From positions 185,354 through 249,353 of the forward strand of contig NMRA01000609.1 in NCBI GenBank assembly GCA_002633005.1: DNA of 64,000 nt. Direction: 5' to 3'. A program made the translations under genes and the position numbers. This document shows, piece by piece, positions 22,071 to 36,400 of the stretch. Source of the stretch: Phoronis australis (Eukaryota; Animalia; Phoronida). Below the pieces are notes generated by a model that worked only from the letters and a program-made list of their open reading frames with translations, had not been told where the DNA came from and did no database searches. The number at the start of each line of letters is the position of its first letter. Position 1 is the first letter of the stretch.

Positions 22071-24459
22071 ATAGGAGACTCCGGTATGCTTGGTATTCAG
22101 CCAAAAAGTGATTCCGCAGGCGTACTGACTTGACATCATGAAACAATTCGGTGTTTCTCTTCTGCGCACTTATCTCATCCTGACCGTGAAAAAGAAAACC
22201 CAATTAACTGTTATTTTATTTCCTTGCATTTCCCTTTCCTGATCAGTTACCAGAGTCGCGTGAGGCAGTCGCCGGTCGGATTACACCGTGACGGTGCAAC
22301 CCGCTGGCGGCCCCGGCCGCGTCAGATCCGAGTAGCCGGGAGTCAGAGCCAAACATTTTTTTCAGTTCTCCTTTCAATTCACGTGGAAAACAAGTTGTGG
22401 CAATTTTTTTGTGTGCACAGATAGGTGTAATCCCACATTTAAAAGCTCCGAAACTCGTAATCGTTAGTGGTAGCGCCGCACCTCATTGAGTTGCAGCCGC
22501 GCGCAGGAGTAACACAATTGGCGCCGCCGGCACTGTTCAGTTGGCGCGTGTTCTGTTTGCGATACCGTGACTGATATTTACTTTCACCAGGGATGTAGAT
22601 CTCCAGTCGAATATTTCACCTCACGCCCAGTTTAACTGGTTACAGACGTGAATATCCGATTTCTCTGCACTCGGGCGGGGTGCTCCTATGTGTCCAGGTT
22701 CATTGAGTTTTAATAATTTAAGTGTTGGACGGAAGCCAAACACTAAAATACAATCCCTGAACAGTCAATACAACTCGGGAACTCTTGGGAACTCCAGAAC
22801 CGGACAGTGAAAAGTGTGTCCAGACTAAGTTACACACGGTCAAGGGCGCCGGCGTCAAGGTCCTCGTTGAACTATTCAAGACCGGCCTTAGTCTGTCAGA
22901 AAAATAACCCATTATAGTTACGTTACTGGACCCGAGTTTGGCGTGTTCGAAATTGAACTTTCCCTATTACATTTGACGTCAAAGCGTTGACCCGGGTAGA
23001 AAAACCGTGAGTCCTTCCCAGTTCCTATACCGATGATGACGAAAAAATTGAATCAGCTAGGTCACAGTCAGTTCTCGGAAAAATCTGATGTGACGCGATT
23101 ATATTGTTAGATATGCGACTTTGGGAATTTTTCAGTTGTACAAGGATTAAAGATCATGATAAGCATCGCAGCGTTCAAAAAGGGGGTAATAGTCAGTATG
23201 ATGTCTCGATCGACCGACTGAGGAGAAAATTGGTTCTCCATATGCCCTGTAAACTACCATTATCAGTCCCAAAAATCTACCGATCTTTGTTCATTTAATT
23301 TGAATTTAGCTGCCTTATACGTCAAACCCGAGTCCACCAAAAATGCCTTAAAGAATTTTCTTTTATATTGCCGCTTTAGAAAGCAAGACCTGCCCCAGTT
23401 TAATTTATTGTCTATTGTTTATTATCATGTTGACCTCAGGAGGTTATGAGGAACTTTGATACCCGAGCACTGCGATTGTGCACTTAATCACGTATCTGCA
23501 TATCTTAGTAAAGGTACAGGTTTTGTAAATAGTTTGTATAATTTAATGTCCCGAATGTACACGAATCTGCCATTGATCTTGTTTGGGTCACGTGATGAGT
23601 TCAAAACTACCATTTAGGAAAAAGGTATACTCACAGCAAAACAACTGTAACGATAATATGATATAATTTCCTTTTTTGAGATCTCAAAAACGCAGTCATA
23701 TTTTTTAATTTTTACTTTTGTAAATTGCAACCTTTTGATTATTTAAAAAATTATGAAAGTCCTAATTTTCGATAGCTTTTTATATCAGTAAAATTCTAAA
23801 CCATGTCCCACCAGCCATTGTTGAACACTGCATGAGTTATTATATCTAATTCTCCACGTAACCGTCTACAAAAATCGAAACTCGTAAAACAACGGATATT
23901 ACTTCGGATGCCAGTGCCACATCGAATGTACTTATATTACTGATCGTTAAAACTTTATATACTGTCACCTCCTGTTGCAAGTCGTCCCCTCTGTTACGTT
24001 TTGTCCTGACTGACAACAGAAGAGTGTCTGATTCAAGTTGTTAACCATAGTCAAATAATGGTCAAAGCGTTGATAGTTTACAGAATATCATAGATCTATC
24101 CCCAGTCATTAATCATCTTTTTGTTGTGGAGGGGACGTTTGAACTTGGACATGGCTTATAATCCATTGGATAAAATATTTTCGAAAAACATGACAGGCAA
24201 CAACTGCAACTAAAGCTGAACATAATACACTGATTGTAAACACATTTCAATTGCATCATTTGTGTCTCGTCCTTAATAAAGAGTACGCCGTTCGAAACGT
24301 GGGGAATATTAGTACTGATACTCGTCGTTTTATTTTTACTATTTTATATTCTTATCAGTCAGTAACTGCACGGCATTCAAACATCTATTTTATATAGTTA
24401 ATAATTTTTATTGTCCCCCCCCCCGCTATAAGTAGTTAAGTAACCCGTCTTTCATCGAA

Positions 24460-25033
24460 ACCTAGACTTTGCTGCCCACGCGAGGCTCAGACCTGCCCGC
24501 GCACAAAATTCTTCACTCGCACACGCTGTTCCCTTCCCCGTGACGTAAATTTCCCCTCCCGTAAATCTTTGTTCGTACTCACCATTCCCTGTTTGACTTC
24601 CCCATTCACGGACATACTCATCGACCGTATCTTTTCCTCGATCACTACATACAGTGAAGGTTATGCGGTAAATGAAATTTCGTTTAAAAATTATCGATAC
24701 TTTATCGATACTCCTGTATTGAACGCTAATTGAGCTCAATAGCACTTTCAGTGTGTCGTTAACAAACAATTGTTTTTTTTTCCAATTTTACAGGCACTAA
24801 TTGCAAAATGGTTCTGTTGAAAAGGAATAATGTGTTTTCATGAAAGGGCTTTCCATTGTTGGTTTGTGGGGGAGAAGAGTTGGTCCGAGCGCGGCAAAGA
24901 TATATCTGCAATACGCGAAAAGTGGTGTGGGAAGAAGAATGTAAGTCTACGAGAGGAATAGCTTGCGCGAGACTCCCCGAGAGAGTTTGGCGCGCAGGCA
25001 GGCACGTGCCGCGCGCGTGCAAAGAAGCCTAGA
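24460..25033. mobile_element. Degenerate TIR element (~570 bp)
   Basis: Left CTAGACTTTGC...CCTGCCCGCGCACAAAATTCT matches the reverse complement of right AGAGTTTGGCGCGCAGGCAGG...GCAAAGAAGCCTAG. Confidence 0.5.
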
Positions 25034-26154
25034 TACGTGCCTCAAGTAACTAAGTTAGGTCACTTCCCCTATAAATCTTCTTTTTTATCGTATGTGTTAG
25101 TATTTAGGCCCATCCGCCTAAATGCAGAGCTATATCGGTATTTAGAATTTGGCGTTTGCGAAACACTTGAGCCAAATCACGAATTAAGAACCTTATAAAA
25201 CTGTATTTCCTCACTATAGGGTCTATTTAACTGCCAAAACGACAAGAAATGAATGAAACCTCTTGGGCTCATCATCAATTTCATTATATCCATTAACCGT
25301 GATAGATAATGATTTCTGTTATCACGACCAACGTCAGAAGAAAACTTCAGTTTACTGAGGTTGGTCAACCACCCTAAAATTGCGAATTCGAGAAAGACGC
25401 ATGTGCGTATTGCCCGAGACTACGCGTGTGCCTATTGCCTATGAGATTTGAGTTGTCGGCTCAGTCAACAGATCAGTATCGGATTACTGTGGTAATGTTT
25501 CTTAACCCAAAATAGTTTCGGCTAAGAATTCAACATGAATAGCGGAGTAACGACGAAATACACCTAAAGCAGCATGCGAGTCATATTTCACTTTTTAAGG
25601 GCCCCGTCAATCTTTTTATTCGGAAATATTTTTTAAATTTTCCACTCCATTTTCATAAAAACTCAAAATAATTATCTGTAATTCTGTGCTGAAGTATACT
25701 ATCATTTATATGGATGGTTGTATAATCCTATTTTGTACTTGATGACACCAGTATTGAAATCACCAGTTAGAGTCTGAACTCTAAATCTCAGGGTGAGGGA
25801 CAAGGTTCTCCATTCTTGTATGGATTTAAGGTAGTGGGATATTTCCAGCATTTTTTAATATTTTTGTGACCCATCATACCATCGAATTACCACTGTTGAG
25901 CAGAAAATAACAAACGTGTAAAATGTCCGTGAATGAATGAAATTGTGTTTCGCTGGTGTCAACTGGGCCTGCCTTGCCAACCAGATAAGACACTGGGACA
26001 AGAGAAAGCTACTTTTGTGTCCCACAGCACTAAAGAGCTCTATGGAGAATGCTTCCTATTGCAAGCAGAAAACAAATATTCACGAAGGTTCATAATAATA
26101 CAAAATGTATTTACAAATCATAATACAAATGCCATTAAAGATGTATTTGCATAC

Positions 26155-26531
26155 TCCTAACTATGCTAATGTATAACAGGAACTACACTACAATAATATT
26201 TTAACATAATTTATGCTAAACAAAACACAGTTGTATTCACTGACAAATTGTAAATGTGAAGACAAAAAATTCTGCTAACAGGTGACCTTTGCATTAAAGA
26301 CGGTCAGATAGCTTGCATCATGCAGTGCTATTCCCCAGCACCATGTCACGATACTTACTGGACACAGTTCAGTGATTTACGGTGGATCACTTTTGCCACA
26401 AAACCCATTCTTAGCAACATTGGCAATTTTCAACCTGCTTTGTATTTACAGTGTGGCTATATGTCATGTTTCTTACTAATTTGGCCAAGCAATCATAGAG
26501 ATGAGGAATTGGTCTGCAAGTTCCACTTTAA
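26155..26531 (+). repeat. Dispersed repeat B, copy 2 (TTAA-ended)
   Basis: Colinear with 7321-7683. Confidence 0.85.
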
Positions 26532-27112
26532 GGTTACGTAAGACCCTTGAACAAAATGTCCAAATTTGGCTAACTTCGGAACACAGCTCAGAAGTGGGAT
26601 AACCCCCATATGCAACGACATTCTATTCCTTTTTGTGTAGTATCTAACAATTTTTACATCTCAAACAAATGAAAGACCAATACATTTTACTAACACCTGT
26701 GTAGTAATGCTTCATAATTCTTGAGGGAATGAAACATACTAAGAAAAGTGACAACATCTAACATGTGTCAAAAGCAGATTCCAATACGCTTAACATCTAG
26801 AAAGTAGAACACAACACTACACTTTATGCATGTATAGTCTCCGTTATATGCATCTGGTCGGAAATATATTTCATCTCATTATTATACGTTACACATCACA
26901 CTTGTCACAACATGATCATCACGAAAATAAACATCTCTTATATTTTTTAATTTACACGATTTTCTTACCCTACAACACTTCATATTTAAATAGAACAGAC
27001 ACAAAGACAGTCCCATGTTCAATGTCATGACGCCAAGATGCCACCTCGATCACCTGGTGCTGCAAACAACTTTTATCAGACCAAATCCGATTCCCCACCT
27101 TGAAGGCTCATT

Positions 27113-27316
27113 CAGTTAACAGCAAAAATTATTGACAATTTCCAGTTTCGAGGCAAAACAGCAATTACAGAATGACCTTTGACCTTACTAACTTTCCTGC
27201 TAATTCTTCATCACTCATTATGACGAAGCAAAATCAAACTGACAGTGAATTACACCTTCTCCCAGCTTCGACATGTCGGGGAATTCCGCATCATTTTGTC
27301 TGAATATCCTTAGCAT
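27113..27316 (+). repeat. Dispersed repeat A copy (NCAPD3 3' UTR region)
   Basis: GTTAACAGCAAAAATT...ACTTTCCTG...GGGGAATTCCGCATCATTTTGTCTGAATA. Confidence 0.8.
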
Positions 27317-27356
27317 ATACTAAAAGAAATGGATTTCTGTCTGAAGTCACCATTGC

Positions 27357-27461
27357 TTATCTCTGTTTTGATCGGGTCGACCTTTTGGGTCTCGTCTGTG
27401 GCTGTGGATCAGAGTCGACGGTGAGAATGTCCGCTGGCATTGCATCTGGGCAGTTGCGGTT
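27357..27461 (-). CDS. NCAPD3: NCAPD3 exon 39 (terminal)
   Basis: [37 protein letters not shown]. Confidence 0.82.
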   Translation of the reverse strand, partial: NRNCPDAMPADILTVDSDPQPQTRPKRSTRSKQR

Positions 27462-30400
27462 CTAGAAGAAGTACAAATCGTCCAAAAATGTGTACCCATG
27501 CACAATTTCTCACTTTGCGATGTTCTAAATGTTCGACGTGCAAGGAAATGGGAACTGAGCTAACGTGTGGTTAAAATGAATTCAACAAAGTCCAATGACT
27601 AATTAACCATTAACAAAGAATGCACAAAATTTTCTTCAGTGAAGAAAGTGTTTAAGAAAACACACATCGGGTTTACGGCCAAAGATTATTATTGGCTGAG
27701 AAAGACCGCTTTGACTAGAGCCATAAAACATGAAAAACACCCCTAGAGGGCGCCATGCTCATTGTTCATTCTAATGCCATCACTTCAACGTGTTCATGTG
27801 GTAACGTCTACACTAATTTAGCATGTCACGTGAGATGTTATACATTTTTCTTTACTCGTTTGATTTATCTCAGAATTGTGTTAACGCATATACGAAACCT
27901 TTCGAACACTAGATCAATCATTTAACCCATATTTCTTCCTCACAAATGAGAAGAGTTGAATACGGGATGAGGCTATTTCACATTCATCATACTTACAGGG
28001 GTTTTCACTTTCCATGTTCGTGGTTTTGGTGTACTGAAAAGACAACAACAACAAAGACTTAAAAAGTAGCCGTAATATTACAATAATTGCCATGTGATGG
28101 ACACCCCTTGAAGAAACATCTGAGGAGAAAGATGAAACTGGAATTGTTGTTAATTATTCATTTCAAACAAAAAAGTGACGCACTACTGCCCAAGGTTTCA
28201 AAAGTAATTCTTAAGCACAGGCCCCAACATGAAGTGACTCAACTATTGAGTGGACTGAATTCACACTCTCTATTTCAAGGACTTCAAAGACAATAATTTA
28301 TCTCTTAAGTTGCATAAAATTACAACATTGTTGACAAAAACCTTGAATCATATACAGATAGAGCGAACATAATTTCAAACCCGTACAAAACCATTTCTTA
28401 GGTACACCCCCATGTCTCAAAGAGCAAGTCTTAAAATACCAGATTTCCTATCCCCACTGTTGGCTGTCAGCCCCCTTACTCCACAATACATTTCGTGCAC
28501 AGAAAATGTCTATGATACTATGAACAATCGCTCACTAAGAGTACTCACGGTTTGTCCGGAGAGAACATGCAAATGAGATCAGCAGACAAACCCTTGTTTC
28601 CACTACTTCGAGATGGTTCTGGAAGAGAATTCGCCAAGTTATGTGAACAATGCTTAACAAAATGGCATGAAATTGGCTGGAGCAATTCCCTGCTGCCTTG
28701 CTCAGGTCATTAATGCTCAACTCGTCAGCTTGCATAAAGTAGCCAGTCTGCATGAAGTCATCAGTCTGCATTAAGCCGTCACACTTCCTTTGGTTCCTAT
28801 TACAGGCCCATATTTTGGCATAAATCATTATTAGGATAACTGATAGCCTTCGTCACTGTCCTGAAGGTGGCGCCATGCAAGATAGCATGTATCATTAAAA
28901 ACCAATGGTGTCAAAAAAAAAACACACTGATTGGAAGTACTGGTTAATATTGAAGACAGAAACACGTGGAGTACAAGCCATTGCAGTCCTCTAAGCGAAT
29001 GTCCCTTAAAAGTTAATCACTGCATATTGTTACTAGTTAATAAATTCAAAAGAAAAGCGAAATAAGTAAGAATATCTCCTATTCTATACTACACTTAATT
29101 CTAACTTTGCCCTTTAACAGCGGCAGGACGATGAGAAATTATACCAACTGTCGAAGATACGAAACTTATAGAAAAGTTATTTCTGCACACCGTGGGACTG
29201 GGGGCAATTGGAACTGGAAGTGAGAGCAAAATTTCAGGACAAGAAACTGGCCTGTGAGTATTGAAATCGGAAGGATGGCTCTAGGGCATGTCAAGTGACT
29301 TACCGCTTGACCCAAAGACCCTTATCGGCATGGCAGTGGGGATGGGTGACGGGGCCACCATGCTGTGCTCTCCACCATCCATGAAGGTTATGTCGTTTAC
29401 ACTACCTGCAACCAAAGTAGAATGTTGTAAACAGCGCCACCTGAAGTTCTGAGAGTACAGCAAAAGGATCTCAATGTAAACTATATGGTGGGCTAATGAC
29501 ACAGAGTAAGGCAAGCTTTTGTACACGTCAAAGTGTAGTCATTTGATATTGATGGAGACGCTGACAACATTAATGACGATGACTCATAATTGCAAATTGA
29601 TTATTAGTTGCTTTAAAAGTTGTACCCTTGATAAACGTGCGAGTTCATTCACAATGAGTGTTACTGGTTAATATGCAGTACAGGGGCAACTGACTGGGTC
29701 ATGAACAAGTAGAAATTTTGGCTTCCTAGTCAAACGCCAGCCAAGAATTCTCATGAAGTACTTACGGTCAGGAGTACTTATAGCTCGTGCATTAGCATTC
29801 TTCTTTACAGGAGTCTGTGAAAAGGAAAGAATGTGAGTCACGATTTCACAAAATATTCAAAAATTCAGTTTCCATACCATTTCCTTGTAATGTGCTTAAA
29901 TGTGAACTCAAGAAAAAGCATACAAATCAAAAATCTACAAATCTGGACATAAAAATTCTCTTGCCATAAAAGCAATGAGAGGGTAATCTACGACTGAATT
30001 GAAGTGGTCAAATTTTGGAAGGATTGGCTACAACGTAACAACACCAGGGGGCAGTGTCTGCAGAAACGCAAAGTTTAACACCATATAGTTCTTGATTTTG
30101 ACACGGCGAGATACCACCCTGTTCACATTTAAAAATAGACTGAAGGACAGAAAATGAGGAAAATACAAATAATTTATGCCATTTCTAATAATACACATCC
30201 AGATGACATCCAATGCTCCGAGAAGTGTCCTTTCCAATGAGATATAATATTGCCAATGGTTCTCAGTCCTGAGCAACGCACTTTTGACATTATTCAGTAA
30301 CTTATCTTTGCCTTAGGGTGCGGGTTTTTCAGATTGAAAATACAGATTGTCAAGATCTTTAATGGATTTTAAATTTCCCCATTAAAATTCGCGAAAATTT

Positions 30401-33400
30401 GCTTAAATACATAATGCTTGACGTTCCTGAAAATCTAAGGAAATATCCTGACCTATGTTGAAAAATAAAATATTATATATGGCACTGCACAAGATATCGA
30501 GTAAAGTTTTGAACCAAAGATCATATAACATCCTAATAAACAAATACCAGTATGCACTTACTAGAAACATTTTATCTGCTAACTGATAACATGAGAACCA
30601 ATGACGGGTCCTGCTACCTGTTTAAGGAGCTATCTTTATACAGTGAACGCCAGTGGGTAACAGGGGGCTGCTACCTGGTTAATAAGTTATCTCTATACTA
30701 TATAGAACACTGGGTAATAGGGGGCGCTTTTGATTTAAGGCATCTATAAGCCAATGGCGGGTCCTACTACCTGGTTAAGGATTTATCTCTATACAGTGTA
30801 TGACAGTGGGTAACAGGGGGGTGCTTTTGATTTAAAGCATCAATAAACCCACCTTCTGTCATACTGTCATAGAAACCTTTGATTTGGACCATCTACATGG
30901 ACCATGTATGCTAAATAACTGGCATAGGCCTGTTCCTTATGCAAATCAGAAATGATTTCTGGCCTTGAATAGTAATCCTGACACGTCGTTATTGTCCCGG
31001 GTCACCAAATGACATGTCGTTATTGTTTGAGACCAAACCCAGGTCACCAAGTGGCACGTCATTATAGTTTGAGACCATTCCCAGGTCACCAAATGACACG
31101 TCATTATTGTTTGAGACCATTCCCAGGTCACCAAATGACACGGCGTTATTGTTTGAGACAATCCCCAGGCCACCAAATGACATATCATGGGAGACTGTCT
31201 GTTCTTCTCAAGCCCAGAGGCCTACTCCAGTCCATGTAACGAACAAGTTGAGACAAATTTTATGACCGTAAATGGCCTAAATCAAAACTTATCTTGGTTG
31301 AAAGGTGGATTCAATGCATAAAGCAAAGAGAAGTTCCGCTCTTTCCTGGTAGAGGGCAGGGAAGTCACCACGTGATCAATCGCCACATGTAAAGAAAAGA
31401 TTTCCCACCAGCACATGACAAAAGGGTATTGTTATAAATAAACCCTACATATTAAACAATACTGCACGTAATATCAACCAACCACAAATGCTTCTTTATT
31501 TAACGCTGTCTCAGTTTTCTCATTTTCCAGTTTTGACACATCTTCAGTCGACTCTGAAGAGGCTGGTTTCTTTAATTCCTGAGCGTGTCCCATTGCTTTA
31601 CGTGCAGAATTTATGACATTCATCGCAGACACGGAGACAGTCCTGAAACGATAAGAAACAAAAAATGAAACATGCATACAAACTACTGAAAATATACGTA
31701 ATAACATATAATCAAAAATAAATTAAATCTGTTCAACTATGGTACTTACCAACAATCCCTAAGCCCTCAAGGGCATTCCACGCCTTCTCGCAGAATGGTG
31801 GAACGATTAAAATTGCGGGACAGGACATTCCTACTGTGCTCTGGCGACGTTTGATCGATACTAGCGCTCTAAGCAGCAGACAAGGCAAAGTTGAACAGAT
31901 TTAATTTCTCTTTGATTATGAACTTTCCTGGTTCAACAAAGACTTACATTGCAAGGTATTTAAAATTTTCAAAAAACATTTTTATTGTATTAAGAGTTTA
32001 CATTATTTGACAAGGTCATCACACAAACTTTTCCAAATTCCAAATGTCAATGCTTCATCCGAATAAATGTAGGACCAGTCAACGCTCAAATAAATGAAGA
32101 ATGGCACTGGCTGAGCCCAGTAAGCACACAAATTTGTAATTTTCGAAAAAAGATGTACCTGAGAGGACTTGCAGCCGGCTGATGTAGCATCATAATTGGT
32201 GTCTTGGCCTTCGCAGCGAGTCCCCCATTTTCTGATTTTCTTGTTCTGGCAGGTGTCTTCACTCCCCCTGTGGCTGCATTAGCCTATTGGACAATACAAT
32301 GTCAGTTATTATTATACACTACCACCAATACTTCTGATTGGCTGAAACACAGTATGACTGCTTCCTTAAAAGGTCAATGTTGTTTTTATGGGATTATTAC
32401 TCGATGGAGTTTTTGATCAGAGCTGTAAAACTGAAACGTATGTTTGTGTTTGTGATGTCATTACAAATCGCCAATTGTTGTCGTCTACCAAACACTCGCT
32501 GAAATCGAGGCCCATTACTTTACCAGGTACATATTGGGAGACGGAATTAGCTTAGGCAGCAGAGCAATTGGCTGTGACGCCAGAATTCCGGATCCGATTC
32601 CACGCTGAGCCGATAATGCCACTTCAAGAAGTGATATTGTTCAGTTATCCATGTAATATCACTTTTCAAACCGCCCAGAAATGATCTGACCAATAGCAGG
32701 CTGCAGAAACCATAAACTCCTCATCATACACCCAAAATTAGTGAGCACAAAAATGGCAAATCAGGAAAAATATATCAATCTAAGGATCAAGAAATATAAG
32801 CCAAGAAGCACAGATGGTCGTTTAGTAAAACAAATATAGACTGGTCTCTCTTGCACGTCAGATTATGTGGACCTCGTAAAAGCGATGATGGCAAAATTGC
32901 TCTACCTAGGTCCATATTACTTGATATTTGGTAATTAAAAAGGAGAAATGGAGAATTATTGATGATTTAAACCCAATACAAAATTGCACCATGATAAAAC
33001 TAAAAGTAACTGCACAAGGAAGACAATATTTCTACAGAAAAATGTAATTTCAAACCACGGTAAAACTGTACAAAGAGAAACTAATTTCGTGCCATCGTAA
33101 AATTAAACAGTACAGAAAAACACGTTATTTTCACACCACGAAAAACCGAAAAAGTTCAGGGAAAACGCCCTTTTGTACCGTGATAAAATTAACGCCGTAT
33201 AGGACAATACTGTAACTAATCCATATCACGGTGGAGCTGAAATTGTGTCAGAAGAATTAGTTTTGTACTGAAGACTCACAGTAAGTGACTTCCTAGCAGA
33301 TGTTGTGTCAGTCGACGACTCTTCAGAAGACGCTTGCTGCTCCTGCTCAAACTTTTTTAAATCAAATTCTATTTCCTTGGCTAACTGGGGATCTGCCAGC

Positions 33401-36400
33401 AGAATGTCTACAAAGTGAGAACCAGTGAGTGTGTGAATCTGACAAACCACAGGAAATATTGTAAAGAAGTAAACTTAAAATACACAGAAAAACACCCACT
33501 TGTTGGGGTTAAATGAGAAAACTGACCAATTGTCAATGCCGGAATTGATTAAAAGGCCGTTTAAACACACGATGAATCACAAGAATCATGCTAAAATAGC
33601 TCCAGTAGGTCTCAAAACAAGTTCACAATATTTCTTGTCGAAAACCGGTGACATTACTTTCAAAATAAAAATTTTCGGTTAATTTTCAAATAATTTATTT
33701 TTAGCATTGTTATTCGTCAGATTTCTTTCTAGATTATCACCATTTCTTCGACAAAGTCGGACAAATTTCCATGAAATTTATCAATTTTTTTGAAAACCAC
33801 TGCAACAAGTTTCAGAATAATATCTTGCCATGTCTAGTTATCCTAAGTTTAAGAATAAGTTCACAATCTGTTCAGAATATAAGGTTTGAATTGCCGAAAC
33901 AAACGCTGCACTACTATTAATCAGCTGACCTTTGACATCGTTCTTGTAGTCACTCATCAGCAGATGGAGATAGGCCATCAAGTTCTTTAACACCGGTGAC
34001 CGATGTTTCTCAAGCAGATGTTTCAGGCCGATCACAACAGGGACCACATTCTCAATCACGTTCTTTCTCATCACCTGCCACATGACATCACAAGATTAAA
34101 CGATGCAGATAATTAACATAATTAAGAAAAATTCATTTAAATTAGCAACACCCACCTGCATAATTATGTAACAAGCCAAGATAAATTTTGATCAGAAGTC
34201 GATGTAAGCCAATAGGTTTCAAAACTTCACATTCAAAGTTTTACACATAAATGGACAGTCTAAATAATTGTAAATGTTCCTTGACACGTTGCGATAAACG
34301 ACTGGATGAAAATAGCACATTCAGTCTTGGGCATTATTTTCTGAATTCAATCTATTTAAGTCTCAGCTTGAACATAAAGTTAATTTCCATTTAAATGTCC
34401 TGCAACTCTTTCGTAATTTTCCCAAACTGCATTCACACTCTTCCTGTGACAAGAAGCCCAATAAGACCACCAATACGAGTAAATAAATGATACAAGAACA
34501 CAAAAATATTTATAGTCAACTAAATGTCTTTTTGACCATATGCTTATATTTGACAAAATAGTCATATAGTTGACTACCACAGTCCACTACTAGACAGTGT
34601 GACAGATTTTTTCCAAACTATCACCAGTTACCACAACCTATTAGACTCTTCGTTTGCGGAGGTAGAAAAACGCAGTGTGTGACTGACCTAGTTCTTGAAA
34701 TGAAGTGGAGATCATTTTATTGCTCCTCAATCAGCTTCTCAATTTCAGTGTCTGCATTGTAACTCACCATGCAATAGGAAAACTTTATTGACAGACGAAC
34801 TTTAATGTAAAGTAATGATTCCATGGCAGCAGTGTACAACTACGGGGCAATTTACCCACAATGCTCCAGAGATGTGGAGCATTGTGGGTAAATACTAAAA
34901 AATCGAAGAGGGCGCTGTAGTACTCCCGGAAGTGATTATTAATTTTGAAAACTACCGCACCTGAGATATCAGTGACTTTTTCGCTTTGTCCATCACAGCC
35001 ATAGCCATGTCCTGCTCCTCGACAATGTCGTCCACGGGCCGTGACCTCATCGACGTCAGTTTTATCTCTGCACTACATAGAACATTGAGACAGTCCTGCA
35101 ACACGGCGCTGGAGTCCGCATCAAGAGGAAGTGCACCGCTGACCATAGCATCTAAAACCTGCAACACAATTGGATCTTCATATTACCGATTCACGTATGT
35201 TCTGGTAAAATCCCACGGTGTTTAAACAGGAAAAACAATTTTGCTCAAAAATCTTAGCCGGTTGACCTGACACAACTGACGAAGAGAATCAAGAGCAGCC
35301 ATTGATATGCTGTAACAAACCAAACCAATTCTTTTCCTGGTCTTGTAGAGGTTTAAGGCTATGCGTTGTTCATTGACTTGAGGAGAAGAATGGATCATTA
35401 CTGACACTCCAGTGGTACAGGAACACATACTTACGTCCTTACAAAGTTTTGAAGAGAGTTGAAACTTGTGCTCATCGGTCATGTTCTCCAACATAAACTT
35501 GTACACTTCCATTCTTCGGCTGCAAAGATGATCATTGGCACATTATACAACATGACAGGCAGATCTATCACACTGAATTATGCCACTTCACTGTATAGTT
35601 TGAGTGAATAGATTTGGAATGTTTCAAGTCAAAATTGTAAATATCAAGTGAATGTTTTACTTGAATAGTAGGTTTTAAAAAGCTGATATTTTTTCTAATT
35701 GAATATTACCAAAATTATGAGACACAAATTTCCTGGTAATTTTCAAACTATTTAGTGCTATTTGCAGTAGGATTTCCTAGTGAGTTTGCATAACAACATC
35801 AGACAAATATCAACAAAAATCGTCAGATTTGTTTGTAAACCACTGAAAGTTAGTTACGAAAAGTCGGTGGAACTATTTTCATAAAATTATCCAACAGAGG
35901 GGGTGGAAACAGTTCATGAAGAAAATGTAATTTAAGATTTAGATATTAAAAAATGAGTTAGATGTTGACCACATTGTAGTAATATTGATAGGGACTCGCG
36001 ACTTGACTTTCCTGGATGTTTAAATGAACAAACCCTACCTGGCGTTTGCAGTCCCCTTCAACGAGAACAGAGCCATTTCTCTTTCAGACTGCGAGAACTT
36101 GTTGTAAACTGAAAATAAAATGGAAATTCATTGACCAGAAGAAATCTGTGCGAACGGACATGGAAACGCAAATAACATTTTGGCTGGATTTAAACAAGTC
36201 GTTGAAAATGTAGATTGAAGAAAATGTTTTGACTTTCTTTAAAACAAGTAGAAGTAAAACATAAGAAAGCCCACTTTCATTTTGTAATGATCAAAATCTT
36301 CGCACAAAGTCGTGCTTTCACTAACTGAAGCTGCGGAAATTTTAGTAGTAAGTCACTTACTAGAATGCTTGTCATAGCTGTTATGTGGAAAATGTCGACT

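Noticed and set aside
22200-22920. GC-rich segment upstream of POLR2H with an LTGYRR...SGGVLLCV peptide (LINE endonuclease-like), or a divergent gene
   Set aside because: Too short and interrupted to support either call
30946-31239. Periodic ORFs in three frames
   Set aside because: By-product of the 42-bp minisatellite
31750-31868. Extra NCAPD3 exon candidate with a GTAAGT donor
   Set aside because: Phase 2->1 breaks the frame, and exons 33 and 34 already join in frame
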